From Octopus sinensis (lineage: Eukaryota), in NCBI RefSeq assembly GCF_006345805.1, contig NC_043015.1:1054001-1118000 (forward strand): a stretch of 64,000 nt of DNA, read 5' to 3'. The translations under genes were made by a program, and so were the position numbers. Below the pieces are notes generated by a model. It searched no databases and had not been told where the DNA came from. It saw only the letters and a list, made by a program, of their open reading frames with translations. Below, in pieces: positions 13,181 through 27,060 of the stretch; within the stretch, counting starts at the first letter, position 1; the number at the start of each line of letters is the position of its first letter.

Positions 13181-14090
13181 CTGGGGAGTTAGGTGGCCAG
13201 ATGTCAGTGAAGTGGTCGTAGAAATTGTCTGACAGCCATGACTGGCTTCTCCTGCTTCTTTACCATGGTACAGAGTCCTGTCACCAGATTTAGGTCTTCC
13301 AGCAGCCACCGCCTTGACCAAGGGCACCATTATCTCCTCCAGGCACTAATTTTAGGCTTCCGTATTGAGTCTGAGGCGATGTGGGAAGGTAAATGGAGGC
13401 ATAACGTCGCCATCAATATTGATCGCTCCAAACACCATGATGCTGACTAGATGTTTGATTCTTATCACTCTCGGTACGTGTTTTGGGGACACGGCAAGCC
13501 AAAGAATATTCTATGTGTTCACCATCTGATCCTGGCAGAAAAATTTTCTTCTGAAAAAAACCAAAGCATGGGTGTTTTAGGGGATACTTGAGTTTGCTCA
13601 AACACTTCGTAGCATGGTCTTTTCTCGCCCTTGAAGGCTTGGTACAAAGATTAACCCTTTATCATCTTGTATGTAGAATACCAAATGTCTTCATGCACTA
13701 TCTACCTCATAAGAGACTTAGACACTCCCATGTTCCTGGTGATGGACCTGACTTGGAGGGATCGTTGTCAATCATGGCCTCGATCTCATCAACAAATTAA
13801 AGAGTTCTTTCTTTATCAGAAGGATGAGAGTGAGTTATTCTACAAGTCATACCTTCATAATCACCATTTGACTCATGCAACACATTCGGAATCCTCTCCA
13901 CTGTCCTCAGCTTCACTCCCAAACACTGTGAAATGTTCGTATCGAAGATTCCGTGAATGCTAATCAGTACAGCATGTCGTTTCCACCTTTCTGGCAGATT
14001 GAATTGGGTCATGGTGTTGTTTTTTCCACAAACGGTGCGCATATGACCCTACTATAAGTGTTGTCGACTTAATCCCAAACAAACACACAC
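13181..14090 (-). mobile_element. Tc1/mariner (maT-like) transposase pseudogene
   Basis: Minus-strand translation with stops and frameshifts gives FFSEENF/CQDQMVN and W*QDSVP...WLSDNFYDHFTDIWPPNSP. Truncated at (TA)n before the third catalytic residue. Confidence 0.85.
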
Positions 14091-14103
14091 CTATAGATAT
14101 ATA

Positions 14104-14158
<55 letters not shown>

Positions 14159-15694
14159 TATATAAATAGAGAGAGAGAGAGAGGAGAGAGAGAGATAGGT
14201 AGATATATGGATAGATAGATAGAACTATATATATATACGTACGTATATATTTATGTATTTACATACGTATATATGCATACAGTTATAATGTAGCCTATTA
14301 TCCATAGCTGATTGGTCAGATGAAGTTGGGTCGTATGTGAAGAGCACTACACCTTTCTGCTATATCTGGTCCTTGGCCGTATATTTAACCGCCGGAATTT
14401 GCAATCTATGTCGTTCTCCGTTTGACCCTATTTCACTACCCCTTAGGCAATTATAATTAATATATGATTAGATTATAAAATGCAGGCGTTAATATAGAAA
14501 GCTTACTAGAACTTATGAAGCTGCGATGTATGTTTTGCACTTTCTGGATACATAAGTGATATGACATCAAGCATGCCTTCGACCTATTCCCAGTTTGACC
14601 AGAGCATTGATAGTGAAATTAAATCGAAAGGATTCATTCATCAGTTCACTGAATGGACAACAGCTTCCTTTGGTTAGAAGCCTAGTCCATAACCCGGTTT
14701 GTACAACACTCCATGGTTTTGGTATAACTTTATCGGACTGCACTCTGTTGCATTCGTTTGCATAAGGTTTTTCATTCAGAAGGTAACGTGGTATTCAGAG
14801 CCTCTCCCTCGTACTGAAGCAACAGATGTGTTACGGGTTTTACCTCGCTTTCCTGGTCAGTCTCCCAAGACCTGCGAAACACCTTGAAGATTTTATATGC
14901 TATTTCTATTGCAACAAAGCAATACATGAAATTACAATGATCATTGATCTATTTTTCCTTTAGTTTTAATATATTTATCACGTTCATAGTTCTGCTTAGG
15001 TGATTAATTACCAGAATCGATAGAATATCGAACAAAATACTTCGTTTGGTTTTATTACATCCATTTACGTTCTCTGTTCCAATTCCAAAGAGGTCACCTT
15101 TGGCTTTCAGCCTTCCGGGATCGATAAAATATCGCACAAGTCAAAGACTGCGATCGATCAAATCGACTATATCTTCCCCCAAATTTGTGGTTTTGAGCCA
15201 ATATTAGTAATCGATATTATGACTGTTATTCTTGTTGTTTTTTCTCTTGTTATTGCTGTTGTTGCTGTTGTTGTTCTCATTATCGGTATTAAAGTAACAA
15301 AGTGACAAAATTAGTAGCGTGCTGGTTAAAAGGGTGGTCTGCAAATGGCAGGAACAGAGTGTGAGGCACAATGGCAAGCAATCAGACTTAGAATACATAG
15401 ACGGCTTGACGAGATGGGGAGCTACGAAAAACAGAATCGACTCCTGTCTGGAAAATATGGCAGCTTGTGTAAGGTAGAACGGGTTAAATATTGGGGTGTA
15501 GGTGTCTTGTAAAACGCAGATTGCATCTTCATCTTCTATGCTCTCCTTGTTTCAGATATTAAACTGCAGTCCTGCTGGAGCAACATCATGAACGGTTTTA
15601 GAGGAAAAATGCAACCCAATATAATCTGGCAAAAATTTAATTCTTACTCTGGGAGGCTCTTAAACTATACCACTAACAAGATGTCGTGATAAAA

Positions 15695-15940
15695 GGCGGC
15701 GAGCTGGCAGAAACGTTAGCACACGGGGCGAAATGCTTAGCGGTATTTCGTCTGCCGCTACGTTCTGAGTTCAAATTCCGCCGAGGTCCACTTTGCCTTT
15801 CACCCTTTCGGGGTCGATAAATTAAATACCATTTACGATATAATTGACTTAATCCGTTTGCCTGTCCTTGTTTGTCCTCTCTGTGTTTTAATCGACATGC
15901 GGGTAGTAAAGAAATAGGTATTTCGTCTACTGTTACATTC
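15695..15940 (+). mobile_element. SINE family A plus 24-nt start of a second internal unit
   Basis: Near-consensus copy; the tail AAAGAAATA is followed by GGTATTTCGTCTACTGTTACATTC. Confidence 0.9.
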
Positions 15941-16234
15941 CCCGAAAGGATGAAAGGCAAAGTCGATCTCGGCGGAATTTGAACTCAAAACGTTGCGGCA
16001 GACGAAATACTTATTTCTTTACTACCCACAAGGGGCCAAACACAGAGAAGACAAACAAGTACAGACAAACGGATTAAGACGATTATATCGATACCAGTGC
16101 GTAAATGGTACTTATTTAATCGACACCGAAAGGCAAAGTCGACCTCGGCGGAATTTGAGCTCAGAACTTTGCGGCAGACGAAATACCGCTAAGCATTTCG
16201 CCCGGCGTGCCAACATTTCTGCCAGCTCGACGCC
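15940..16234 (-). mobile_element. SINE family A plus ~72-nt partial second unit, inverted to its neighbour
   Basis: Reverse complement of family A; re-enters at GTATTTCGTCTG after the tail. Confidence 0.9.
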
Positions 16235-17394
16235 TTTACGATTAAAATATTACGAAGAAATTGACTACAAAAAATGTTCGGCTAATATGACTGATGATTA
16301 CAGCATTTTTTTTTTTTACCCTAGCCCCTAGGTATAGGATGTGATTCAGTGGGCCAAATGTATATTCAGAACTACAAAATCGAAAAATATGACAAAGCCT
16401 CTCAGTTGAGGTACCAAAATTTCTGCCAATCCATTGCCGGGATGTGACATTTTAATTATTGATCAACAAATGACCAAAAGCAGACGGATTTGATCCCGGC
16501 GGAAATTGAACCCAGAGCTCAGGAACCAGAAGGAAAAGCCCATCGTACGTGATCTCTTCCTCAAAAGCAGAATCCCAGTTCGTATCGGTCAAGTACAACG
16601 TTGTCTCCAGATGCAGGGTCTGCGTTCCATACATTTAGCTACCATCAATAAACTTGGTATTTTTGTCTGCAGTTGTTGAAGCCTGTTATTGTTGTTGCTG
16701 TATTGTTGTTGCTCCTGTTTCTACACTTGGTGCAGTTGCTGTTGTTATTATTGTTGTTGTTGTTAGTGATGTTTTAAAATATAATTGACTACAACATATA
16801 ATTCCTGGTCCGGAAAAATTAAGTGAAAGTCCATCCAGATCACCATGTCCACAGCCTACGCTAGCAACTTTACCACCACCACCACCACCACCGAAACCAA
16901 ATAACACCAACAACAATAACAACAACAACAACGACAACAACAACAACAACAACAACAACGATATAACAACAACGCTATCAACAACACAAACAACAACCAT
17001 TACCTCGTCTCTCATTGCCCCCACCCCAAACCACTCACCGCTATCAACGACGTCTACATTTTACTGCACACCACACCAACTATCGTATACACGGCCACAA
17101 CTACATACATAACCAACACCACTACACACTGCCGTCCTTACGTTCGATCAGAGACGAAACTAATGGTCAGAAGAATGTAATGAACAAATGCGGATGTGGT
17201 TGAATGTACATCCTGCCTAAATGGTAAAATGTATCCTTTGAGGAAGAAATTTTCATTAGCATATAAACCGTCTGACCGGAAGTGGCCGAATTTCGACTAA
17301 CGTAATTAGAAGTGAGTTTATTTTGATGGAGGATATTTACTTCATACAGATATCGATTTTTTTCTGGAATAGCAGTGACTAATGAATGTGTACA

Positions 17395-17925
<531 letters not shown>

Positions 17926-19073
17926 CTAAGAACAGAGGCTTATATGCATCGGCGTGTAATATTCTGCTCATAGAACGACAACCACACTTGGGCATGACGT
18001 CAATGAATTTGGTCCTTGACGGTGACCCAGTGTTTATAGTTTACTTTGGTATTTAATTTGAAAATTTACATTAGTCGTAGCACTAATGTAAGGGGATGCG
18101 GAGACTTGACACAATGGTTTCTCTGACGTCAAAACGTAATGGCACTCATATCCAGACATCACGAAACACGCATTTGCACAGACACACGCAAACAAACAAA
18201 TACAGGTACATATTCTCTTACACATAGAAAGGCAATCACGGGACTGTAGGTAAGCGTATAAAACGAACGAATGCGAGACAAGCTAAAGTAAGTATGGGCT
18301 TGTAAAGTCAAGAGTGAACAGACTTCAATTTTGTTTGCAGTGTCAAATTTTTCCGACTCCCGTGTTGTATCGAAATCTGGCGCAACTTATCAACAAATGG
18401 AAGGATATGCTATCCTACGCTAACCTTCTATACGCATACATTCATACATATACATACGCATTCACATACATACAATCACACACATACTCACACATATATA
18501 TGTAGGTAGATACATGGAAAAATATATACATATATATAAACAGTAAATTATACAACTGACAATTCAATAAGTTATTTATATTATAATATAGCATAATATA
18601 GTATGAGTATTATGTAATGCAAAACATTAAAAATCATTAAAAAACCAAAATAGCCAAAGGTTTGTTCCGACTTCTGTACATTTTTTGACATATAAGCAAT
18701 TCGATTCACTTATATAAGTCTCATCAGAGCTGATGTTTAAAGATAGACGGAATTCTGTGTGGAAGGACGGCTAGATTATAGAAACAGAATAATTGAAATG
18801 CTTATGTATTATGAGCGTGAACGTTAATTTTTCAAATACATATTTTTTACAATTGAATCTGAATTACCCAATAGATCTAGATTTAACCTATAAGAATGCA
18901 TATCAAAATATTACTAGTTATTTTATAAGAAACTACCAATATATATACGTACACACACATATATACAAATACATATATATATATACAGATGCAAAATTAT
19001 AACAGACAAAATAACCGAGCAAGTAGAACACACAACTATCGAAATATATATCTATATATCTCAAATAATATTT

Positions 19074-19302
19074 ATTTTTTACTACCTACAAGGGGCTAAA
19101 CACAGAGGGGACAAACAAGGACAGACAAACGGATTAAGTCGATTATATCGACCCCAGTGCGTAACTGGTACTTAATTCGTGGACCCCGAAAGGACGAAAG
19201 GCAAAGTCGACCTCGGCGGAATTTGAACTCAGAACGTAAAAACTGACGAAATATCGCTAAGCATTTCGCCCGGCGTGCTAACGGTTCTGCCAACTCACCA
19301 CC
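19074..19302 (-). mobile_element. SINE family A, full-length single unit
   Basis: Reverse-complement match to 316-540. Confidence 0.9.
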
Positions 19303-20726
19303 TTTATCACAAATAATATTAATCTAACCTTGAAGACATTCTTTCTCTGTTATAATAACTTGCAACAACAACATATATGTATATAAATTGAATATCAGGG
19401 TCTTAATCTAGAAACTGTAACAAAACGCGTAAGATAATATAAATGTCAATCATATTGGTAATATATAAGAAATCCTCAATCTATTTAAAGCTATTAATAT
19501 AAAAGAAGATGGTTACAGTAAATATTTAAAGAAATGTTCTTTTTTTATTTAGTTTATCGGAGGGAGAATTCCATAATAAAAATGAAAAGAAACCCAGCAA
19601 AAGTGTTCTGTCTTCTTAATGTATCATAAGGAGAAATCCGTAATAAATATGAAGATAAACTTAGAGCTAGAATCACTTGAACCCGAATTACACAATAGAT
19701 AAAGACTAATACGGTTGTGTTTCATTCACTTCATCTGAGGGAATTGCTATAGAGTGACGTCATATCTATTACACACGCTGAATCGGTCACGATCAGAACA
19801 TTCATACGTATCTTCAACACACAGATCCAGAGAAACCCATGTAAAGTTATCCTGGGATTTTATTTGACTGGGCGGAAATGTAGTTGGTCTGACGGGCTGG
19901 CTGGTTGGCTGGTTGGTTAGTTGGTTGGATGGTTGGTTGATAGGTTGGTTGGTTTGTTCGTTGGTTGCTTGTACTGCATTCTCTCTCAATGTAACCTTAT
20001 TAACTTGAATGCATTCTCAATGACAATTCGGAGTGTTTTTATCGCGTTAACACAGCTACGATTCGCCATTCAAATCAACCCAGCCTACAGTCCAACTGTC
20101 GTTCAGTTTCTAATCAAATTTGGCAACTGTTGCAGGTATTCTTATAGAACTGCAGATATGAGGAAAAATTTCTTGGCACATCCTAATCGATCTTCATGTC
20201 CAAGAAGCATAAACTATTTAAGGGTATCTTAATATTATGTAGAAATAGCTGACTAACTCTATTATGTCTTTCAGTAGAAATGCCAAAGGCATTTTTCTTA
20301 TGATAGAAGCTTACACGAAATTATACAGAGCTGTACAGAAATAAGTTACCTTATCCTATTAAAGGCTATTGCAATTCTTCTCATTCTAATTCCATTTTCA
20401 TTGTGGTTGCTCTATGTGTTTCATTTATTTGTTTTACAATTTCATTTACGTTTATGATATTCTCTGCCATAATGATTTTTTTTTATAATTCTTTAGCGTA
20501 ATCTAAAACCAAGGACAAATTGATTTTTCTTTCCACCTACAAGTTCTGGTGCGACAAAATGCGTCATGAAATTTCACTGAAATATTTCGCATAAATAATG
20601 GTTGTTTTGCTTTTAAAAAATGGAATAAAGTAAACAGAGTCAATGTAGTTAGCTTAATTGAATAGTAGAGGTACTTACAAATCTCTTATCGTATTTCACG
20701 ACTAATTTCTTGAAATTACGGATATA

Positions 20727-20937
20727 CAGGGTGCGGCACAATTGATCCCCTATTTGCATTTGACAACTTTTATAGCTTATAGATGTTTAAGTAATTTTTT
20801 ATTGAACACGAATTTATTGCATTACTTAAAGAAACGAATAATAAACTAATGAAAAAATCGCAGAAGCTTCAGGAAATACAAAATAACTAAAATCTAAGAA
20901 AGTAAAATACAAAAGGCGTTACTTCTGCCGCACCCTG
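20727..20937. mobile_element. Tc1/mariner-type MITE, 211 bp
   Basis: Perfect 12-bp TIRs CAGGGTGCGGCA / TGCCGCACCCTG, with TA on both flanks. Confidence 0.85.
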
Positions 20938-21058
20938 TATTACATATTTGAATCTATCTGTCTGTCTATCTGTATAATTATCCATCTGTTTGTCTTTCTA
21001 TTTACATATCTATCTATGAATCTATCTATCATCCTATCTATCAATCTATCTACCTATA

Positions 21059-21113
<55 letters not shown>

Positions 21114-23033
21114 TCATACCGGGAACATGTGGACTCTGTGCAACACAGAACTACTTACCCGTGAAAAACTCGAAAGCCTGAACATAAATATAAATTATTG
21201 AAGCGAATAGCTAAACCGATTTGAACATGTAAACATTTAAAGTATAATGCATGCTTAAAAAATATACAAGAATAACAAAGGATTTCCACATCCAATAACT
21301 TTTATAAGAAGACCTTGTAAAAATAATTTATAAATTACAAATATTTGGAAAAAGTATGAAAGGATATATGAATGCATAAAAATATCACGTATATGTATAC
21401 AATTTATAAGACATAATGTGTAATTATAAATTAGAATAATTTGGTACACATTATAGTATTGTATTATGAAAAGAAATTATAAAAATCTTTTTAATTAATA
21501 GAAGCTATACAAATGTATAGGAAGGTGTATAGATAAAAAAAATTAATAATATAAAATATAAAAAATATAGAACATAAAATTTTATATATTTGTTTGCGAA
21601 TGATATAAATGGTATAACAGAAATAAAAAAAAAACATAAGAATATATCAAGATAAAATAAAATGAAATAAGAATTATTTTATAGATTATGATATAAATTA
21701 TAAATTATATTTGTATATTGAAAGTAGTCTTAGATATATTATTAATATAATACCCTATTAAAAATTAGATCATGTATATCAAATACTTATTGAAAAAAAT
21801 AATAAATTAAGATAAAGATACCTTTGGAAAAGGGGTTTATAAAATAATTCCAGAATATATCAAGGACACTGATCTATGTAGGGCAATAACAGTTACTGGG
21901 AGCTATACCTTATAAATAGGAGAGGGGGAAGATTTCGTAATTCGTTGCAATTTTATATATTATACAAACTATAATGGAACGGCTTAATATGTAATATAAT
22001 ACAGAACGGCTAAATATGTAATATAATTATTGAAACATTGCAGATTAATGTAATAAAGGTTCATTAGAAAACAATATTACATATATTTCGAGAAAATAGA
22101 GGATATGCTATGAATAATATGACTCCCCGTATCATAGCATGATATACTTATCATTACTTCTTTCTAAAGTATTTGAAGGTACGGGTAATCCTATGGGCAC
22201 ATGATACTCTATATATGAATATTTCATATATCTACATACAACATATTTCACATCCATATCGGTTATTTGTATATGGCAGAGCTCTACCCAAGATGTCCCA
22301 TTTTAGGCTATATTCACTATTACTATCCTTGAGTCTCAAGACAATCATTGATAATGCGGTACCAATGACGAAAAATGGTTATTCAATCGATTTTTTGTTT
22401 TCGTATTCACAGAAATGTTTAATATCTGTCCTTATTGTACATTTATATATGACATTTTCAGCTAAACACTGACCTAATGACTGATAACGGGATCCTTCTC
22501 TACAATTGCAACTGTGGATATTATAATTAGCATTACTTACTCTATCATTAACATTTATAGTGATGTCATACGAGGTATTACTGATATTCGTAGAAATATT
22601 GTCAATTGTTACGGACACACGTACATCATTGTTACTCATTTACATTCTGATCTCCTGGTGTGGAGTGGTGCGAACTATACCGAACTGGCAAGGTGCTTCA
22701 GTCTAAGTACCAAATTCAACTAAATGTTAATTATATTCATATAAAATATATGCGTATATCGAGCAGGCTGTCAGCTAACGGCTATTCACAGGCGCAATCC
22801 CACTGCTACACCACATAGGATATTTTTACTAGCTACGTTTCCATCATGCACCGACACGAGCCTCACTAGACAACCTGGTCCTGATGAGTTCACACTCCAG
22901 CACCATATTGATGCATAGTTTAACACAGACACCCAATCGACACATAAGTCAGTCTACCAGGAGGTTCATAATCAAACCGGCCACGCAATCAATGCTTAGT
23001 ATCCCTGGATTACAGGAATGCACCACAATAACC

Positions 23034-23066
<33 letters not shown>

Positions 23067-23244
23067 AGTGTGTGTATTTATGTTTGTATATATGTGTCTG
23101 TGTATGTGTATATATATATAACTTAGAATAACTAAGAAAGGTTTTCGCCAGTATTGGCCCAGGCCATGTCTAACTTAATAGTACCAACTGGTTTATCATA
23201 TATATATGTGTATGTGTATATGTATATATGGAGACATACATACC

Positions 23245-23284
<40 letters not shown>

Positions 23285-23779
23285 GATAGATAGATAGATA
23301 TACATACATACATATATATAAGGATGGGTGCATGTTTATGCACATACACTCAGATATTTATAATTATGACTCGCTGCGTATTTATGAATATGCATGTATG
23401 TATGCATCCATTGTGTGAATGGTATGTGTTGACATGCTTCGAGACCAACTGACAACATTATGTATCCAACTATACTGTAAAAGGTTAAATAGGTTCGGAA
23501 TGTCCGAATCACTGTGAAGTTATTTTCAGTGTTAATTAAGTTTTACGGCGACACTCGTGGGCCCATGAGAACATCGTTCCTTCATTCTTTACACATTTAA
23601 AAAAAAAATGCATTTCTGCTTTTCTGTTTTGTTTTTTATGTTTGTCAGTTTCGTTCTAAACGTGTGTTTCTTACCTTATGCTTTTGCACACCTGCCTAGA
23701 GAAAAAAAAGACATATAAGATTAAAGGTGGTTATGATGATGACTAGTAATAATACTAATTTTACTACTAATAATAATAA

Positions 23780-24195
23780 ACCTTAAGACTATAGGCAGAA
23801 TTCCTGATATTTGGGGTAGGTTGTAATGCGATTACATCTACCCCAGAGCTCAACTGGTATTAATTTTATCGATCGCGAATGGCGAAAGTCGAGTTCAGTG
23901 GAGTTCGAACTCAGAGCATAAAGATTGACGAAATACTGTTAAGCATTTCACCCACCACGCGAACGATAATAACAATAATAATCCTATCTGCTTTAGTCAC
24001 AAGGGCTAAACATTTGGTGGTAGGGTGAGACTAGTTGATTAAATCGACCCCCATTTTATTACTGGTACATAATTTATCGAACCTGAAAGGATGGAAGGTA
24101 ATGTCGACCTTGGCGGCATCTCAACTCTGAAAGTAACGAAGGGCAAAATACTGCTATTATCTTGAGCTTGCTAACGATTCTGCCAGCTAGCCGCC
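23780..24195 (-). mobile_element. Two tandem diverged SINE A copies
   Basis: Two degenerate versions of AACTGGTAC...TTTATCGA...AACTC(A/T)GA...; the second ends TTCTGCCAGCTAGCCGCC. Confidence 0.7.
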
Positions 24196-24232
24196 TTAAC
24201 AACAACAACAATAATAATAATGATAATAATAA

Positions 24233-24264
<32 letters not shown>

Positions 24265-24300
24265 GTAATAATGGTGGTAGTGCTAGTAGTAGTAGTAGTA

Positions 24301-24370
<70 letters not shown>

Positions 24371-24530
24371 GCATAAACTCAGGGGATAAGTTGGAAATAG
24401 ATTGGTGAGGCTTAGAATGGATCAGTTACATCGCAGAGACATTATTTAAAATGAAAATGTCCAGGTATTAAAGAAACACAAATGACATTGGTAACGGCAG
24501 TAGAGGAGAACCAACCGATATATATATATG

Positions 24531-24595
<65 letters not shown>

Positions 24596-24596
24596 A

Positions 24597-24635
<39 letters not shown>

Positions 24636-24791
24636 ATGTAAAAATACTTTTAAAATTACAAAACAATAGAATGACATTAAAATCATAAAATCAACGTACG
24701 AGAACAATAATTTAGTCCACATGTGAATAGTATGTGTGTGATTGTGTGTTAGTATACATACATATATACGTAGGCATGTATATAAGTATAC

Positions 24792-24832
<41 letters not shown>

Positions 24833-25450
24833 AGTGTGTGTGTGTGTGTATTATATATATATATATATATGTACACCGAGAAAGAGAGAGAGAAAGAGAG
24901 AAAACATACACAGATATTGATCAATATATATATACACATACATATACACATATGCAAACAAACACACACTCTCGTATGTATTTATCTATACATCTACTGT
25001 GTTATCGTACTTAGTATTGTCAAGTAAAGCAATTTGCCATTTACTGAACGATTTACAATGTTCCTATTTTTTTTTGTTATCAACTTATTCGGTAGTTTAA
25101 CTATTTCAGAGCATAAACATACCTCTTGTCATATAAGGCGCTAATTTGCTCATGGGTATTTTCAAAAATTTCTTTTGTCCCCATTGTTAAAGTCCTTAGC
25201 TATACATGTATCCGTTATTTATTGATCTCGCTCACCGGATTGGGTTACCTGCTTCAAGTGTTTTAAACAAATATATCGACCCAGTGCATGCTTTAGTACT
25301 TGTGTTAACCTCGTAAGAGCTGAGTCAAAGCTGAACTTTACGTAAAAGAACACAGTTCGACTCTTAATATTTTTTATTTCCCCTTTCATTTCATTACTGT
25401 TACAAAACAAAGCGTTTCGAGTGTGAAGAAAGTATTTAATTTCCAACAAA

Positions 25451-25744
25451 GGCGACGAGCTGGCAGAACTGTTAGCAGGCCGGGCGAAATGCTTAGCGGT
25501 ATTTCGTCTGTCGCTACGTTCTGAGTTCAAATTCCGACGAGGTCGACTTTGCCTTTCATCCTTTCGCCTTATATGACATGAGGAATGTCGATTAAATAAG
25601 TACCAGTTACGCACTGGAGACCGATATAATCGATTTAATCCGTTTGTCTGTCCTTGTTTGTCCTCTCTGTGCTTAGACCTTTGTGGGTAGTTAAGAAATT
25701 TGTATTTCGTCTGCTGTTACGTTCTGAATTCGAATTCTGCCGAG
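25451..25744 (+). mobile_element. SINE family A plus ~43-nt partial second unit
   Basis: Near-consensus copy with a ~20-nt insertion near 25567; re-entry GTATTTCGTCTGCTG at 25702. Confidence 0.9.
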
Positions 25745-25816
25745 TAGAAAAGAAAATTTAATTTCTAACTACCTAGCTTTCTAATTAGCTATCAATCTAC
25801 GCTGTATTAATGTACA

Positions 25817-25888
<72 letters not shown>

Positions 25889-26075
25889 ACAAAGGGTGAA
25901 ATTAATTAATTAAGAAGTAATCAGTAATTTCACCAAGTAGAATTCGGCATGTAAAAGACCAATTCCTGGTAAGTTTAAGTAATACTAAATAATTACGGTT
26001 CAGCAACGATTTGCCTCACCACACACCGAATTAGAAATAGCAACCAAAAAGTCTTGGCTATTCCTTCTACTTTAA

Positions 26076-26159
<84 letters not shown>

Positions 26160-26439
26160 TTAGATATATTAGAGTTATTAATAATTCTGATAATTTTTGG
26201 GAAAGAATAAGCTGTTAAGAAATTTAATAGAACAAGGTTATAAACATGGTATGTTAGTTAAAATTTTTAATCGCTGTTTAGGAGGGAGACTTGAGATGTT
26301 AAATAAATATGGGGCAATATCTATCTCATCTTCAGCTTAGCAAATAAGAATTTGAAGGTTTACGATTCGAGTCACTTGCTTACTACGTCACCGGTATTGA
26401 GGCAATTAAGAAATGGGTTATTACGTACTACGTCATCAA

Positions 26440-27060
26440 TATTTAGTTGCTCTTGAAATTCTTTGTGAAGGATTCGTGTATCTGATTAAACATGTAAGTG
26501 TTAATACTTGCAGTTTTATTGTCTTTTAAACAGTTTTATTAGCTGTAAACATAACAAGGCTTATAATATCAGTTTATTACACTTACTTTTATTAATTCCT
26601 ATTTAATGAAATTTAAGTGTATATTAGTCACTGGTAATTTAATAGAACTTGTAGTAGTAATATATTAATGAGCATGTAGCGTTTTATTATTAACTTTGAT
26701 TGATGAAATAATGTATTTTTCTCATAAAAATATTAGTTAAATTAATTTTAATCGGGTTTTATTTAAGAAAAAAAATTATAAGGTTTGAACTGTGATAATT
26801 GTTGTATCTATGAAAGGCCAGTGGGATTATTATTTATATTGACTTAAAGATGGATCGCAATTTAACATATAATTTAGTTACTGCAGTTTGCTATTAATAC
26901 CGATACAATGTACAGTTGTGTACATGTCTCTTGTTGCAGTCTTAGTAAGGTTAATGTTTAATCATGCCTCTATATTGACTGATTGAAATAATGTGGCAAT
27001 TAAGATTTTCTCTTATATTATACTACGGAAGACGGTAGGGATTATAATTTTTTATGACTT
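26440..27060 (-). mobile_element. Possible heavily decayed Penelope-like GIY-YIG remnant
   Basis: AT-rich non-microsatellite block between (TA)n tracts. Only weak by-eye echoes of PLE C-terminal motifs. Confidence 0.25.

Noticed and set aside
16452-17110. Possible exon (60-aa ORF; Pro/Asn/Thr-rich plus frame)
   Set aside because: Part of the ORF matches degenerate SINE A (GGTTCAATTTCCGCCG). The rest is low complexity without convincing splice sites.
22881-22900. CTGATGAG as a hammerhead core (also CTGATGA near 33073)
   Set aside because: No stem II followed by GAAA...UH and no stem I.
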